This document shows positions 19,851 to 30,602 of a DNA stretch of 64,000 nt, piece by piece. The notes beneath the pieces were generated by a model that did no database searches, was not told the origin of the DNA, and worked only from the letters and a program-made list of their open reading frames with translations. Each line of letters opens with the position of its first letter. Within the stretch, counting starts at the first letter, position 1. Source of the stretch: an uncultured virus (IMG/VR IMGVR_UViG_3300001605_000011) (lineage: Duplodnaviria > Heunggongvirae > Uroviricota > Caudoviricetes). The stretch lies in IMG/VR virus record IMGVR_UViG_3300001605_000011; one strand, given 5' to 3'. The position numbers were made by a program, and so were the translations under genes.

Positions 19851-22800
19851 TCACGTTNGGTGGTATAGGTCCCCAGACCGGTTGCCCCACCATTGACGAA
19901 CGGTGATGCATACAGACTGACAGCGGTTAGCGGCTCGTTCGCTACCACTGAGTTCCACCACGCCAAAGTCGTCAGGTGGATAAACACACGCCCACCAGCT
20001 ATTGGCGTGTCTGTGAATTCAACAAACGTACCGTTAGCCCCTGTAACGCGTAGTATCCGATCCTCGATAGTTACCGCGAACGTGCTGCCTATTCGCAAGA
20101 CCTCGAAGTGCTCGGCGTCACCCAAACCCCTCCAACACGAATGAGATGTTCCACGCACGGTCGAACCACACGTTCCCGGACTTGCGTGTGACAGGGAATG
20201 CCGTGCGATTGAGACCACGCGCCGCAGTAATCCAGCTAATCTCGCGACTTGCCGATGTGTTCAGGTAATTGATGACCAGCGACGGTGTTTCGAGCAACGC
20301 GGCTGCAGTGAACTCGAAAGCGTGTGACGCACCCAGGCTATCCCGCACTGTGATGGCCCGCGGATCACCTTCGGCAGCAGCACTGAGAATGACATTATCT
20401 TCTTCGCCAACAGCAGCCGGCGTGTTGCCGAACGTAGCAACCCCGAGCTCCTCGAAGCGCAAGGCGGCCATACCGGGAACGCAACGCATAGCCACCAGCT
20501 GCGTGTCATTGGCCGGCAGTACTGCCACCATCATTGATAGTCGCCAGATATCGTCGCTTAACTTGTGCTCGTTTAACAGATCGCCGACGAGCTGCGGCTT
20601 CAGACACGTCAAGCGAAATGAGATATCCGTCAGCGTTGCTGGCAGTGCCTTGGTATCAATTTCAGCTAAGAAATGCGGATCGCCGGCGTCTAGGTAACTC
20701 TGCAGCATCGCCCCTTGATCGATGTACGTCTCTTCCCCGCTTCCCGTCAAAAGGGATTCGGGGGTCGGTGACACTCGCAACCAGGCGTATATGACGCAGT
20801 ACCCAGTCTGCGGTATGACCACAGGGGTCTCACACGAGTACGTCACGTCGTTGAACGTAGATAGTGCCAGCTCTTTGCTGGCTACATTCATGACGATATC
20901 CAGAAACTTTGGAACCACTGGCCCTTCGTAACGAAACGGGGACAGGTCGAGCTCGGTTATCCTACCGACAGCGTTGTACTCCGCGGTAAACGTCTGATTG
21001 TCACCTACGGCTGTGCACGGATCCCAGGGCACTACCAAATGCGTACCCTGCGGTACGCAGAACACGTCCGGTACGACGATGCCCGACGTATTTTGCCATA
21101 CCACCCAGTCTGTCGCCGGGAGGCTAACATCGTACTGGTAAGTTCTCCTCGCAACCTGACCGTAGCCGCCGTTGTCTGTTGTCAGCATCCCCCGACCGAG
21201 ATTCGTGGGCATACTCACCCACACCTTCGCCACGCTGACATCGACGACGATACCACCAACGTTCTCATTTACGTCGCCTACGATCTCAAACAGCATCGTC
21301 ATGCGGCCTGCGAGCTCCGGAGAGGATGCCGGTACCCGGTTGATCGTGAACAACGCCACATTACCGTCTCGGTACAGGTCGGGCACTACCACCAGGGAAG
21401 ACCCCGGCACATCCTCACCGGTGCTGGCCACAGCTTTCAGTGCACGGAAAGCCTTGCCAGTCGTTGGCATGTTTCCGCCAATTTCGACAGCTCCGCGGTA
21501 CGCCAGTGATCCGAACCCATCACTCTGCGGCATCACCATTGTCACGCGAATTGGTGGCACGTAGGTCCAGCCAGGTGCCTGGATGCCGGTCGGAACGACA
21601 ACTGCCAAGTACTGTCGGTCGTCCTCACAGTACCTGTAATACACCGGTAGATAACCGTCCGCGTAGTTTAGGTTCTCGAGCGGGTCGTAGTGGTCCCCTA
21701 CGGATATGGCCTTGGAGAGCAGGGAGTAACTCGGATCAGCCTCGTCTACGTCGTCGACGTAGGTAGATACCAGCTGTAGTCCGTAGGATCGCCCACTTTC
21801 ACTCAACGTCACGGACAAAAACGAGTTGCCAGCACCCATGGCGTACGAGAAGAACTCTTGCGTGTACTGCCCGGCTATAAACGACATGTCCTTCGTCTGG
21901 CTCGCCGCAATACCGAGGCCTTCGACCCACACGTTTGTCCGGTCAAGCGGTGCGTTCGCCTCGAACTCCATAGCGTACGGCGTGCTCGGGGCAAGAATAG
22001 CGTCAGACGGACCTGTCCTGTGTACAAATATCCGGTGCAACCTGCCTGTCGTGTACGTTCCAGACGGGTATTTGGTAACCCAGATCGACGGACGATAGCC
22101 CGTGAGCGGCGTGTCACCTATGTGAAAACACTCCGCAAACGCCGCGGATAGTGGTTGCTTCCACCAAGTAACCTCTGCCAGAAACCTGTTGTACGCGTGC
22201 ATCGCGTCCGGTTCTCCGGTGCCGCCTACTAGCGTACGTGCGTTGCTCGGGAAGTAGAAAACACCGATAGACGCCGCGGTGGTTGTTAAGCCAGACGCAA
22301 TCTCGTCGGCCCAATCAATGCTGGTCGTGTATCGCAGGTCGCCGTCAACAAACCAGCTCAGTGTTGCGTTACTTCCGCCGGTACGTACGAAGTTGAACGT
22401 CACGTCGCGTGCGTTCATCGGCAGAATGCTGTTCGCCTCGCCTATACTCCACGCACTGAATACGTCCAGCGTCCACGAGCCGTCCGTTTCTACCTTGGCA
22501 AGCCTGAACCTGCCTTGTTGGTCAATGACAACGTGGAAATGCCCGCCGACACCCATGACGTATATGGCCGCGTCCTGCAGCACGTCCGCGGTCCACAGGT
22601 ACGGTAGGTCATCTACTGTTTGGAACGGTATCTGGAACCGTTCGGCACCCATACGAAAGGAAACGGCCCAGTCGTTGGGGAATTCGTACGTAAGGGATGG
22701 GCTCACATTCTGCGCGTGGCCGCGGTAGAAGTACTCACGGCCGCTCTCGGCGTAACTCTGTTGCCCACGCTCCCGTCTCGTACAAAACGGTGTCGATGCG

Positions 22801-24005
22801 GCCAGCCCGGCGTCGGGTACTGGATCTTGTGTCAGCGTCACTGGCGACGTGATGGCGTTGTTTGTTCGGGTGTGATCAAACAACGCACCGTTGGCGTCTT
22901 GTAGGTTTGACCCCCAGAGAGCCAACAACGTATCCGCCGGAAGTATGTCAGCCCACCCAGTTGCGTCGCACGACTCCCACAACGCCACGGTTCCGTTATC
23001 CACAAACACTTGTGAGTAGTACGGCTCAAACTCCGGCGACGTAGCAGCTAGTCGGAGCGTGACACGTCGTCCGCTCAGTGGTGGGTAAACACCAGCCGGG
23101 AAGGCGTCGCTTGTGGGGGCGGCAGTATCTGCGGGCATAGCCAGGGTGACAAGTTTCACCGCCTCTCCGGCCGCCATCGTAACGTCCTGGAAAGTCGGGG
23201 CACCGTACTCCGTGCTGGTACCAGTCGTGGCAAGACCCTGCCCAACCGGCACAGTCGACACGGCCGTGGGGAATAGATACCGGAAATCTCGCCCGAGCTC
23301 CAGCTTCAGCAGCATGGGCTGCGACAGATCGTCATTACGACGTATCTCGACAGTGAAATTGGATCCAGCCGGAGCAGATTTGTATGTCGTCGTCAGCGTC
23401 GGCGAAGCAAAACCTAACTCAGCATTGGTCACGTCACGCCACGGCTTGACGTTTGCTGTAAGCACCGCGGTGATGCCGACACTACCAGCATCCCTAGCAA
23501 CATCAGGTGTCAGCGGTACGAGCGTCTCTGTACCTTCACAACCCTCGCTGACTGTGACGATCTGCGGGACAACATCACTGAATGCGTTGATTACTTCCTG
23601 GCTTCTAGCGTACGACAAGCCCGATATGACGATTGCAAATGCGTCGCCGGCCACCGCATGTGTACCGGGCCTGAACTTGGATTGACGCCCGCGGAACGGC
23701 ACCGGTACAGCATCCTCCCAGCCGGCCAAGTCAGACCAATCTCGCACGTACGGCGTTTCGGACGATTCTGGCCGCAACACGACATCCAGGTACGGTTCGT
23801 CTGTGTCTGCTGCCGGCACTTCGCCCAGAATAGCTGCTGCATCTCGTGTCAGTAGCCGTCCACCTTTCGCTGGAGGGTCTACCTGCGTAGGCGGCACCCA
23901 CTCGTTGACAAAATCCAGCCTTGCCAGGTATTTCGTCGAATACCACACGAGACGTACTTTGATGTCTGTTCCGATAGCACCGCCGAGGAACGGCAACCGT
24001 AGCAC
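19847..24005 (-). CDS. Very large tail/baseplate-type protein with Ig-like and LamG-like segments (ORF 20118..24005 plus frameshifted tail 19847..20218)
   Basis: 1295-aa beta-rich ORF (WAVSFRM...WFVDG...FLAEVTWWKQPLS LamG-like); the overlapping downstream ORF continues at ~20120 in a region near an N. Confidence 0.65.
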
Positions 24006-24675
24006 TATCGGCTGTCCGCCGTACGTCGAGCGTATCGCGTGGCCGGTAGCCGGTAGAACCCAGCCACCACACTTTCTGATGTTGTGTCGTACGCGGCCAA
24101 CGGTACTAGTTGCGTGCTGGAATCCTCGAATGCCAGGTCAGTCCGCAGCTGCTTAGGTAGCAAAGCTACAGTCACCAGTGGCACGTACTGATCAACAACG
24201 ATCGGTGACGTGTTGTCGGCTTGTCGCCACACCTCAGCGACTAGTACACGTGAGTCGGATGCCACGCCGTGCGATGGGACGTTCTCGATCAAACGTAGAT
24301 CGCTGACCAGTGCACCGACAGTCGTATTGTTGAACGAAACCCCGCGTCACTGTGTGCTGACGTTACGAGACGATCACCGTCGTGTNGGTTTACCCACACC
24401 AAACGGTACGCGTAAATAGGCGTCAGGCTGTCTGGCCACACAAAGGACGGATCGTTGATGTTGGTTGTAGCTTGCGTTTCTCCACCAAACTCCGCAGGCA
24501 GTATCGTCTGAAGAGCTGCAAACGCTCGTGGTCGCAGGTCACTAGGTGAGATACCCTCCAGCGTGTTCGGATCTCCCATCGCTGGGTGGATGTAGCGTAT
24601 TACCGTACCGTGGAGCAAGTTGGCCACGGTGACAGCCGGTATGACGTCAGACGGAAATACGAAATAGCTTGACAT
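24005..24675 (-). CDS. Hypothetical protein(s); probably the error-broken N-terminus of the large tail protein
   Basis: Two abutting ORFs (24289..24675 with an N at 24386; 24005..24292 with a TTG start); the reading frame of the large ORF stays open upstream of 24005. Confidence 0.45.
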
Positions 24676-25976
24676 CAGGAGTTAACAAATGCGGAGGTGG
24701 CTTTGCTTAGCGTCTGGACTTCTACGAGGTACTGATTGGTTTCCGGCGGTATTGCGAATACCACTCGCACCGTGTTTGAAAACCGCTGCACGATAGGGTA
24801 CACGATGTCCCGCGGGCCGGTACCGTCCGGACCATCAGCAGATACAGTCACAAGCAGCTGACGCGTGTTTAGGTTGTGGGCTAGATCGAACACTGTGTCG
24901 CTGCCGTTGCCAACGCGCGTAGCGAACGACCGTATGGAATTTAGCTTGAACTTGTCTTCTCTGGACAAGATGCCGGGAATACCAGGCGTAGCCAGCGGCA
25001 GAGTGACCGTGTCGTTGCCGCTGGTCAGCGTTACTCCGCTGAAGTCTGCCGTAAGCGTTAACTCGCCTCCGCCACTTTTGCCGAAGAGAACAAACTCCGT
25101 ACCATCCCAGGCATAGCTGGCTGCACCTTGTGACACCCGCGCATCACCTGTCGCATCAACGACAACATACACGGCACCAACGTCCGCGTTATTCGGTAAC
25201 GCATCGACGTTCGCTACTATGAACTGCCCTGGGCCGTTGCTACTGCCGCCTTCGACAGCGGTTAAGCGGTCACCTAACCAGGTCAGCTGCACGCCGTGTA
25301 GATCCGCGGTCTCCTGCAGGGTATTGATGGCTGCGTATACCGGAACCAGGTCCACGTTGGCCACGTCGCCAGTTATCTCGTCAACTGCAGATTCGATGGC
25401 CGCTGTCGAGGTAAACAAAGCCTGCAGGGCGTCTGTCACCGTTGGCACACCTTCCAGCCATGTACCCAGTGCTTCGCTCAGGTCGGTGTCTAACGCGTCT
25501 GTACCCGTCAGACTGCGTATGGCCGCTACTTCAGCGGCCATGGTGTCCAAGTTAATCACACNNGAGACGGTCAGCCGGCTCAGCTTGACATGCTGGGCCG
25601 GTGTGATCAGACCACCTGTTACGTTGGTCGATACCGGAATCTCTACCGTGTTCTCGCCAATTGCAAGTACACCGCTACCAGCTATCTGCGGCGTGTAGGT
25701 CAGCAGTCCGAGGTCTACGGCTAATTGCCCGCTACCGTCTGCGCCGACCAGCGATAGCCACCCAGCGGCAGAATTTCCGGCACGTTTCAGAAACAGCTCG
25801 CCGGTAGTTCGGTTGACGTACAGCGAACCTGGCGTGGCAGCGAGCGTACCTTCGGGGCTAGCGTCTCCGTAGGCTACAACAATCTCTTCGCCGCCATCTA
25901 TTACACGTAAAAACACCCCTGGTGAGTGATGTACGTCAATGCCTCTAGTTGCGGTAAACGACATAGCTAAATCCAC
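24675..25976 (-). CDS. Tail fibre-like protein
   Basis: N-terminal GDASPEGTLAATPGSLY...FLKRAGNSAAGW, coiled-coil middle, repeated LP-x-AT...G-x-LS/T-x-x-D/Q-K-x-KL motif, C-terminal HNLNTR fibre-type module. Confidence 0.7.
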   Translation of the reverse strand: MDLAMSFTATRGIDVHHSPGVFLRVIDGGEEIVVAYGDASPEGTLAATPGSLYVNRTTGELFLKRAGNSAAGWLSLVGADGSGQLAVDLGLLTYTPQIAGSGVLAIGENTVEIPVSTNVTGGLITPAQHVKLSRLTVXXVINLDTMAAEVAAIRSLTGTDALDTDLSEALGTWLEGVPTVTDALQALFTSTAAIESAVDEITGDVANVDLVPVYAAINTLQETADLHGVQLTWLGDRLTAVEGGSSNGPGQFIVANVDALPNNADVGAVYVVVDATGDARVSQGAASYAWDGTEFVLFGKSGGGELTLTADFSGVTLTSGNDTVTLPLATPGIPGILSREDKFKLNSIRSFATRVGNGSDTVFDLAHNLNTRQLLVTVSADGPDGTGPRDIVYPIVQRFSNTVRVVFAIPPETNQYLVEVQTLSKATSAFVNS

Positions 25977-26005
25977 CCTTACGCACTATCGGCACGATGC
26001 TACTG

Positions 26006-26023
26006 CCGGCGCTCAAGCGCCGG
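26006..26023. repeat. 18-bp palindrome, copy 3 (CA orientation, intergenic)
   Basis: Exact CCGGCGCTCAAGCGCCGG directly abutting the TAG at 26024-26026. Confidence 0.95.
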
Positions 26024-28526
26024 CTAACCCGGCAGCTGCGCGATGTCGAGCTCGGGATCCGGCGAGTCGCTCTGTCGAATCAACGTTATGAACAGGTCAC
26101 CCACTGACTCGAACGTCGACAGGATGGCTGCCTTGATGTTCTCAGCGTTGGCGTCGCCATAGCGATCACGGAACTCTTCGTCGTGTACCTCGAACACCAG
26201 GATCTGTCGCCCCAGGCGATTGTTTGCCTGCAACAAAGCCTGTGTCGTTTCCCGTACCGTCGAGTCTAGCCGGCCGTTGCGCAGCAGCGACACAAGTCCG
26301 ATCATGTCGAAAATGTTATCACCAGCAGGGGACGACATGGCCTGCTGCTGACTACCGGACATAGTCACCTCTCGCTCCGCCTCAGGGACGTAGTCGCGGT
26401 CGAGCGGCTGGCGAGGTGTCTCCAGCGGACCCTGGGACGTCAGTTCCTGTGGGCGGTCTTCCTGGTAATACCCCGACTGGGAAGACGATGGTTCGTCAAA
26501 CTCGGGGAAGTCTGGCGTGTAGTCGTTGTAAGCCAGCTTGGTCAGCGTACCGTACGTCGGAGTCTTGCCAGGGGGCACGACGACAAAGCTACGCCGCAGT
26601 CCCGGAGTCTCGAGCAACTGCTGCGCTGCCTCTTTGCTGACCCCGACATTCCCTACGAGAAAACGGCGGGCGTCCCCTCGGCTAACTTCGTGACTGCCAA
26701 TACGTACGCTGCGTCCCTGCTGCACGGTAACGTGAAGGTTCGCGTATTTGTTGAAGTTGACAAAGTCTAGCTGGCGGGACGGCAACAGCTTGTCTTTCTG
26801 CTTCTCGTAGCTCTCCCCCCAAGTAAGCCCGTCTGGCGAATCGCCGAGGACCAAGAACTTGGCGTTCTTGTTGATGGTTAGGTAATAACCGCTCAGCCCG
26901 CCACCAGACTTATTATCGTTAGAGATAAAAATCTTTCGGACAGGTGATCCGACCGTAGTGCTGTACTCCGCCACGTCACAGCCACCGTAGCCCGAGTCGT
27001 GCCTAAATTCGTCAGACACGTCGTCGACCTCCCAGGCACCTGGCTCTTTGCTGGTCAGCAGAAACGGCCCGTAAACCATCCGGTTGGGCAACATCACGAT
27101 AAACACGTCATTTCTGTTTGGACGTGTCGATGTGAACACGTCGGTTGCCTTCTTGTCCGGAGACACTGAGACCGAACTAGCGCCCACAGCAACGTAGCCG
27201 CTGGCCGGGCTCACGCACCACTTCTTGCCCGGTACATCGATAATCAGGTCGCCTACCGAATTCTTGGCGTAACGAAACGACGCCGGCACCACCAGTCGCT
27301 TTTCAGATTTGTCTTCGTCAACCACTACCTTGTAGTAGTCAATCTCGGACGGCATGACCGTGGTGACGTCACCTTCCTGTATTTCGTATAGCTTGGCCAA
27401 CTTCTCCGTTGGGCGGTTGTCCTCGATATAATCGCCGTACCGCTGGGCCTCCGAGACCATTTGCTGATACTCGTCTACTGGCCTAGCAATACGTAAGGCT
27501 GACGTCTTGTGCTGTGACGTCTCGCGCATGGCGTACACCGTCTTGGCGTCCAGCCGACGTAGCTCAGCCGGCGCTTCGCGTCGCACACGAGCTGTCTTAA
27601 GTAAAATGTCAGGTCCAAGCCGTATAGCCGGAGTGTCAGTCGGCCTAGCCAAACGTGCGCACGCCTGCTCCAGCCAGTTGTCGCCGCACACCTTTTTCAT
27701 CTTCTCGCCAAACAGCGGGTACGCATCACACAGCTTGGCAGCTGTCTTGATCGTATCCCGTGATGTAGCAACAAAGCGAAGTAGGTCCAGGTGTACGCCA
27801 GGCGTGTTGTGCTTCAGGGCCACGCCCAACTTCAAGTTTTCTGGGTTGAGCACCATTGTCGCGTACGCCGCAGGTAGGTCGTACTCGTGTGCCCACGCAC
27901 GAACGTGCGGCATCTCGCTGGCACCCTTCGCGTAACGACTACCTGAAAACGGCTGGATATTCGGCGTACCGCGTACGGGGCTCGTCACGTTCAGCGGTGG
28001 CCCAGTCTTTCCAAGGTCCTGCGGCAACTGCGAGAACAGGTAGTCGATGAACGCTTCACGCAGCGGCAGGAACAAATCCGACCGGCGTAAGTGCATGATG
28101 TGGTGACCGGTTAGCTCACCGTTTCTGTAGACCGATCGGAATGTCGATGATTTGTTCGCCGTATCTTCGCTACAAACGTCGCCGAACGATCGATCACCCT
28201 CAGGTGAACGGTCGAAGTAGCTGAAATCCCACCGTGTACGGCAGCAGGCCTGGTGCCTTCTCCTGTAGATAAGTAAAAGCAATAGCACCGAAAGCCTTCT
28301 CAAACTGCGGGTTTTGGTTGAAACCGTAGCTCGCCGTCTTGAGCTGTCGCTCGAGACTCTTCCTCGCCGCGGGTAACGCATACTTTGCCGACACATGTGT
28401 ACGTGACGCGTCAGCGATGGCGGCGGTAGCCAGCTTGTACGCCTCACGCGTAACGCCATCCTCGAAGCTAGTCTTCATGCCTGCCTGACCCTTGCGAGAT
28501 GCGTTAGCTTTACTCTGTACCTGCAT
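26024..28526 (-). CDS. Large hypothetical (probably virion/head) protein; ORFs 28200..28526 and 26024..28459 joined across indels at ~28130-28220
   Basis: Protein-like sequence runs ...PYTVGFQLL then DRSPEGDRSFG...VYRNGELTGH after single-base shifts; many K-x-A/S motifs. Confidence 0.6.
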
Positions 28527-28550
28527 AATTCAAACCGTGTCGAACGTTAC

Positions 28551-29138
28551 CTATGGCATACCATTAACGTGTGCAGCCAGCAGCTTACCGCGTGCATTCA
28601 GTGGTGACGGATTGTTCGCGTAATCGTAAAGATGCTTGTAGTCGTTGTATGCGGGTGTTTGCTTGTCAGCAGTAGTGAGGTAGCCCGTGTGGTTCATGGT
28701 ACGCCACAATTTGCCGTGCTCCATCGGGTTTTTATACCCTAGCGGTGCGTTTTTGTCACCGATGTACTTGCGTATTACATCGCTACCCATCGAGATGTTA
28801 GGCGACACGTACGCGTGCGGCTGTAGCGGATATCCATCACTGTCGTAGGCAGGCCCCGAAGTTGCCCTATCTATCAGGTGGCTAATTCCGTAACCACCGG
28901 CCAGCCCTGCTGCCGCCCTTCCCACCGTTCTACCGCTTGGCCGCATAGCCCGCATACGTAGCAGCGTGCTGTTCAAGAGCGACCGCGGTGGTTTTACGGA
29001 CCGCCGCCGACGCCCCGTGTACGGTATCATGCCGGTTCCGGTTGACGCCAATTTCGCCAGGCGGTCAACCACGGTTGCTAAGTCAAAGCTAGCAGTTCTC
29101 GGAGTGTCGGCGGCGAGCAGCGACAGCTTATTGACCAT
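28551..29138 (-). CDS. Low-complexity hypothetical protein, possible internal virion protein
   Basis: Gly/Ala-rich hydrophobic segment AAAGLAGGYGI; overlaps neighbour. Confidence 0.55.
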   Translation of the reverse strand: MVNKLSLLAADTPRTASFDLATVVDRLAKLASTGTGMIPYTGRRRRSVKPPRSLLNSTLLRMRAMRPSGRTVGRAAAGLAGGYGISHLIDRATSGPAYDSDGYPLQPHAYVSPNISMGSDVIRKYIGDKNAPLGYKNPMEHGKLWRTMNHTGYLTTADKQTPAYNDYKHLYDYANNPSPLNARGKLLAAHVNGMP

Positions 29139-29835
29139 TTAGCGGTACCACGTTTTTGTTCTGTAGACGATTCAGTGCTTCGTGGTAATGCCGCGAACGT
29201 GCCCTGTAGTTGTCGAAGTCGCCGCCACTGTTAGGTAACGCTGTACCGTCCCCAGGCGTCGCGCCGAGACCAGACCTCCGCCAATTGTGTGCGTCAGTGG
29301 CTCTGTACAGCCCGTACATTCCGGCGGCTCCGAGTATACCAGCGGCTAATCCAAGCCTACCTCTGCTTCGTGGTAGCGGCGGTCCTTTGTACGGACCCCG
29401 TGCCATGCGTGCAGCAGCGGCACCGCTCAGACCCAAAATGCCGACGTCCGTAAGGGCATCCCCGGCACCCTGTAAGCCCGGCGAATAGGTTGTAGTCTGC
29501 TTACCGCGTGCAGCGTCAGACATGAATGCGTGGTTATACGCCGGCGCTAAACTGCTCGGAAGATCCCGCTGAAAATCCGGATTGGACAGTACGTTCTTGT
29601 AATTTTTAACCGTGCTGTACGCCGCATGCGGACGTGACGCCAGCCAGCGGAGCTTGCCAAGTACACCCGCGTACGGTGAATCGTCCTGAATGTCTGGCAT
29701 ACGCAAGTAATCAGACACAGCACCTGCCGTGCCCGTCACCGCATCACGCGTCCCGCCAAGGATGTTGGCGGCTACCTTCTGCTCATCTGCCAGGTGCAGT
29801 GGATACGCCGTTGGTGCTTTGTACTTGTTGGTCAT
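29128..29835 (-). CDS. Low-complexity hypothetical protein, possible internal virion protein
   Basis: Glycine-zipper-like segments (LGLAAGILGAAGMYGL); ATGA overlap. Confidence 0.55.
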   Translation of the reverse strand: MTNKYKAPTAYPLHLADEQKVAANILGGTRDAVTGTAGAVSDYLRMPDIQDDSPYAGVLGKLRWLASRPHAAYSTVKNYKNVLSNPDFQRDLPSSLAPAYNHAFMSDAARGKQTTTYSPGLQGAGDALTDVGILGLSGAAAARMARGPYKGPPLPRSRGRLGLAAGILGAAGMYGLYRATDAHNWRRSGLGATPGDGTALPNSGGDFDNYRARSRHYHEALNRLQNKNVVPLNGQ

Positions 29836-30593
29836 CGAAACGCCCCAGGGGTTTTACCGGTCGGCAAGTACATCGCACCGCCTAGATCTCTTATTCTGCC
29901 TGACCTTTGGTGCAGCTTGCTTAGCCTATCGTAATTAGAGCCGGGTGCATAATCCGGTGCCTGCCCCATTACTTGCGGGTAGCCCGAGGGCATACCTGGG
30001 CTGTTCGGGTACGGTGATCCTCCAGGGCCACCGTAACCGGTGTCGCCACTACCTCCGAGCAGGTGCCCTGCGCCAGCCCACGCCGCCCCTGACCCGAGCA
30101 CTTTGGCACCAGACCACCCCAACCCCTTAGCCCGCTGCCCCCATGTAGCTGCTGGTTTAGCCACATTTGCCCCAGTGTTTACGACAGTCTGCGTAGCATT
30201 ACCGGCGGCTGTGGACGCCGGAGAGGCTGCTGCGGGGCGACGAAACATAGATTTTGCTGACTGGTAAAGCCGCGGCGCTGCTCCTCGTAGCCGCGAAAAC
30301 GTTGAGAGCATCGGACGAGCACGACTTAACAACGCACCACCCGCAACAACCGGTAACCCAGACAACGTAGCAGCCCCGGCACCTGCTGCTGCGCCAACAG
30401 CCGTGGCAGCCTGCGCAGTTCGCTTCAGCCCCTCTTCTGTCCAATCATTAGTTGGCTCCTGCCACTCCCTGGACCATGGGTTCAGAAACTTATTGGCGTA
30501 GTGCTTGTACTCGCGTGCGAAAGCCTCCTTGATCTGCCGATCAATGTGCTCCGGATAACCTGTGGGCATCCCGCTGGGTTGGTGGTTTGGCAT
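29832..30593 (-). CDS. Gly/Ala-rich hypothetical protein, possible internal virion protein
   Basis: Glycine-zipper-like segments, Pro/Gly-rich tail. Confidence 0.55.
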   Translation of the reverse strand: MPNHQPSGMPTGYPEHIDRQIKEAFAREYKHYANKFLNPWSREWQEPTNDWTEEGLKRTAQAATAVGAAAGAGAATLSGLPVVAGGALLSRARPMLSTFSRLRGAAPRLYQSAKSMFRRPAAASPASTAAGNATQTVVNTGANVAKPAATWGQRAKGLGWSGAKVLGSGAAWAGAGHLLGGSGDTGYGGPGGSPYPNSPGMPSGYPQVMGQAPDYAPGSNYDRLSKLHQRSGRIRDLGGAMYLPTGKTPGAFR

Positions 30594-30602
30594 GTAAGTG
30601 CG

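Noticed and set aside
27568..27585. Additional degenerate palindrome copy (CCGGCGCTTCGCGTCG); also a half-site near 4927
   Set aside because: Only one arm matches, inside coding sequence; compatible with chance in GC-rich DNA.
28130..28220. Programmed frameshifting in the large head-type gene
   Set aside because: Several successive one-base shifts without slippery sites look like read errors.
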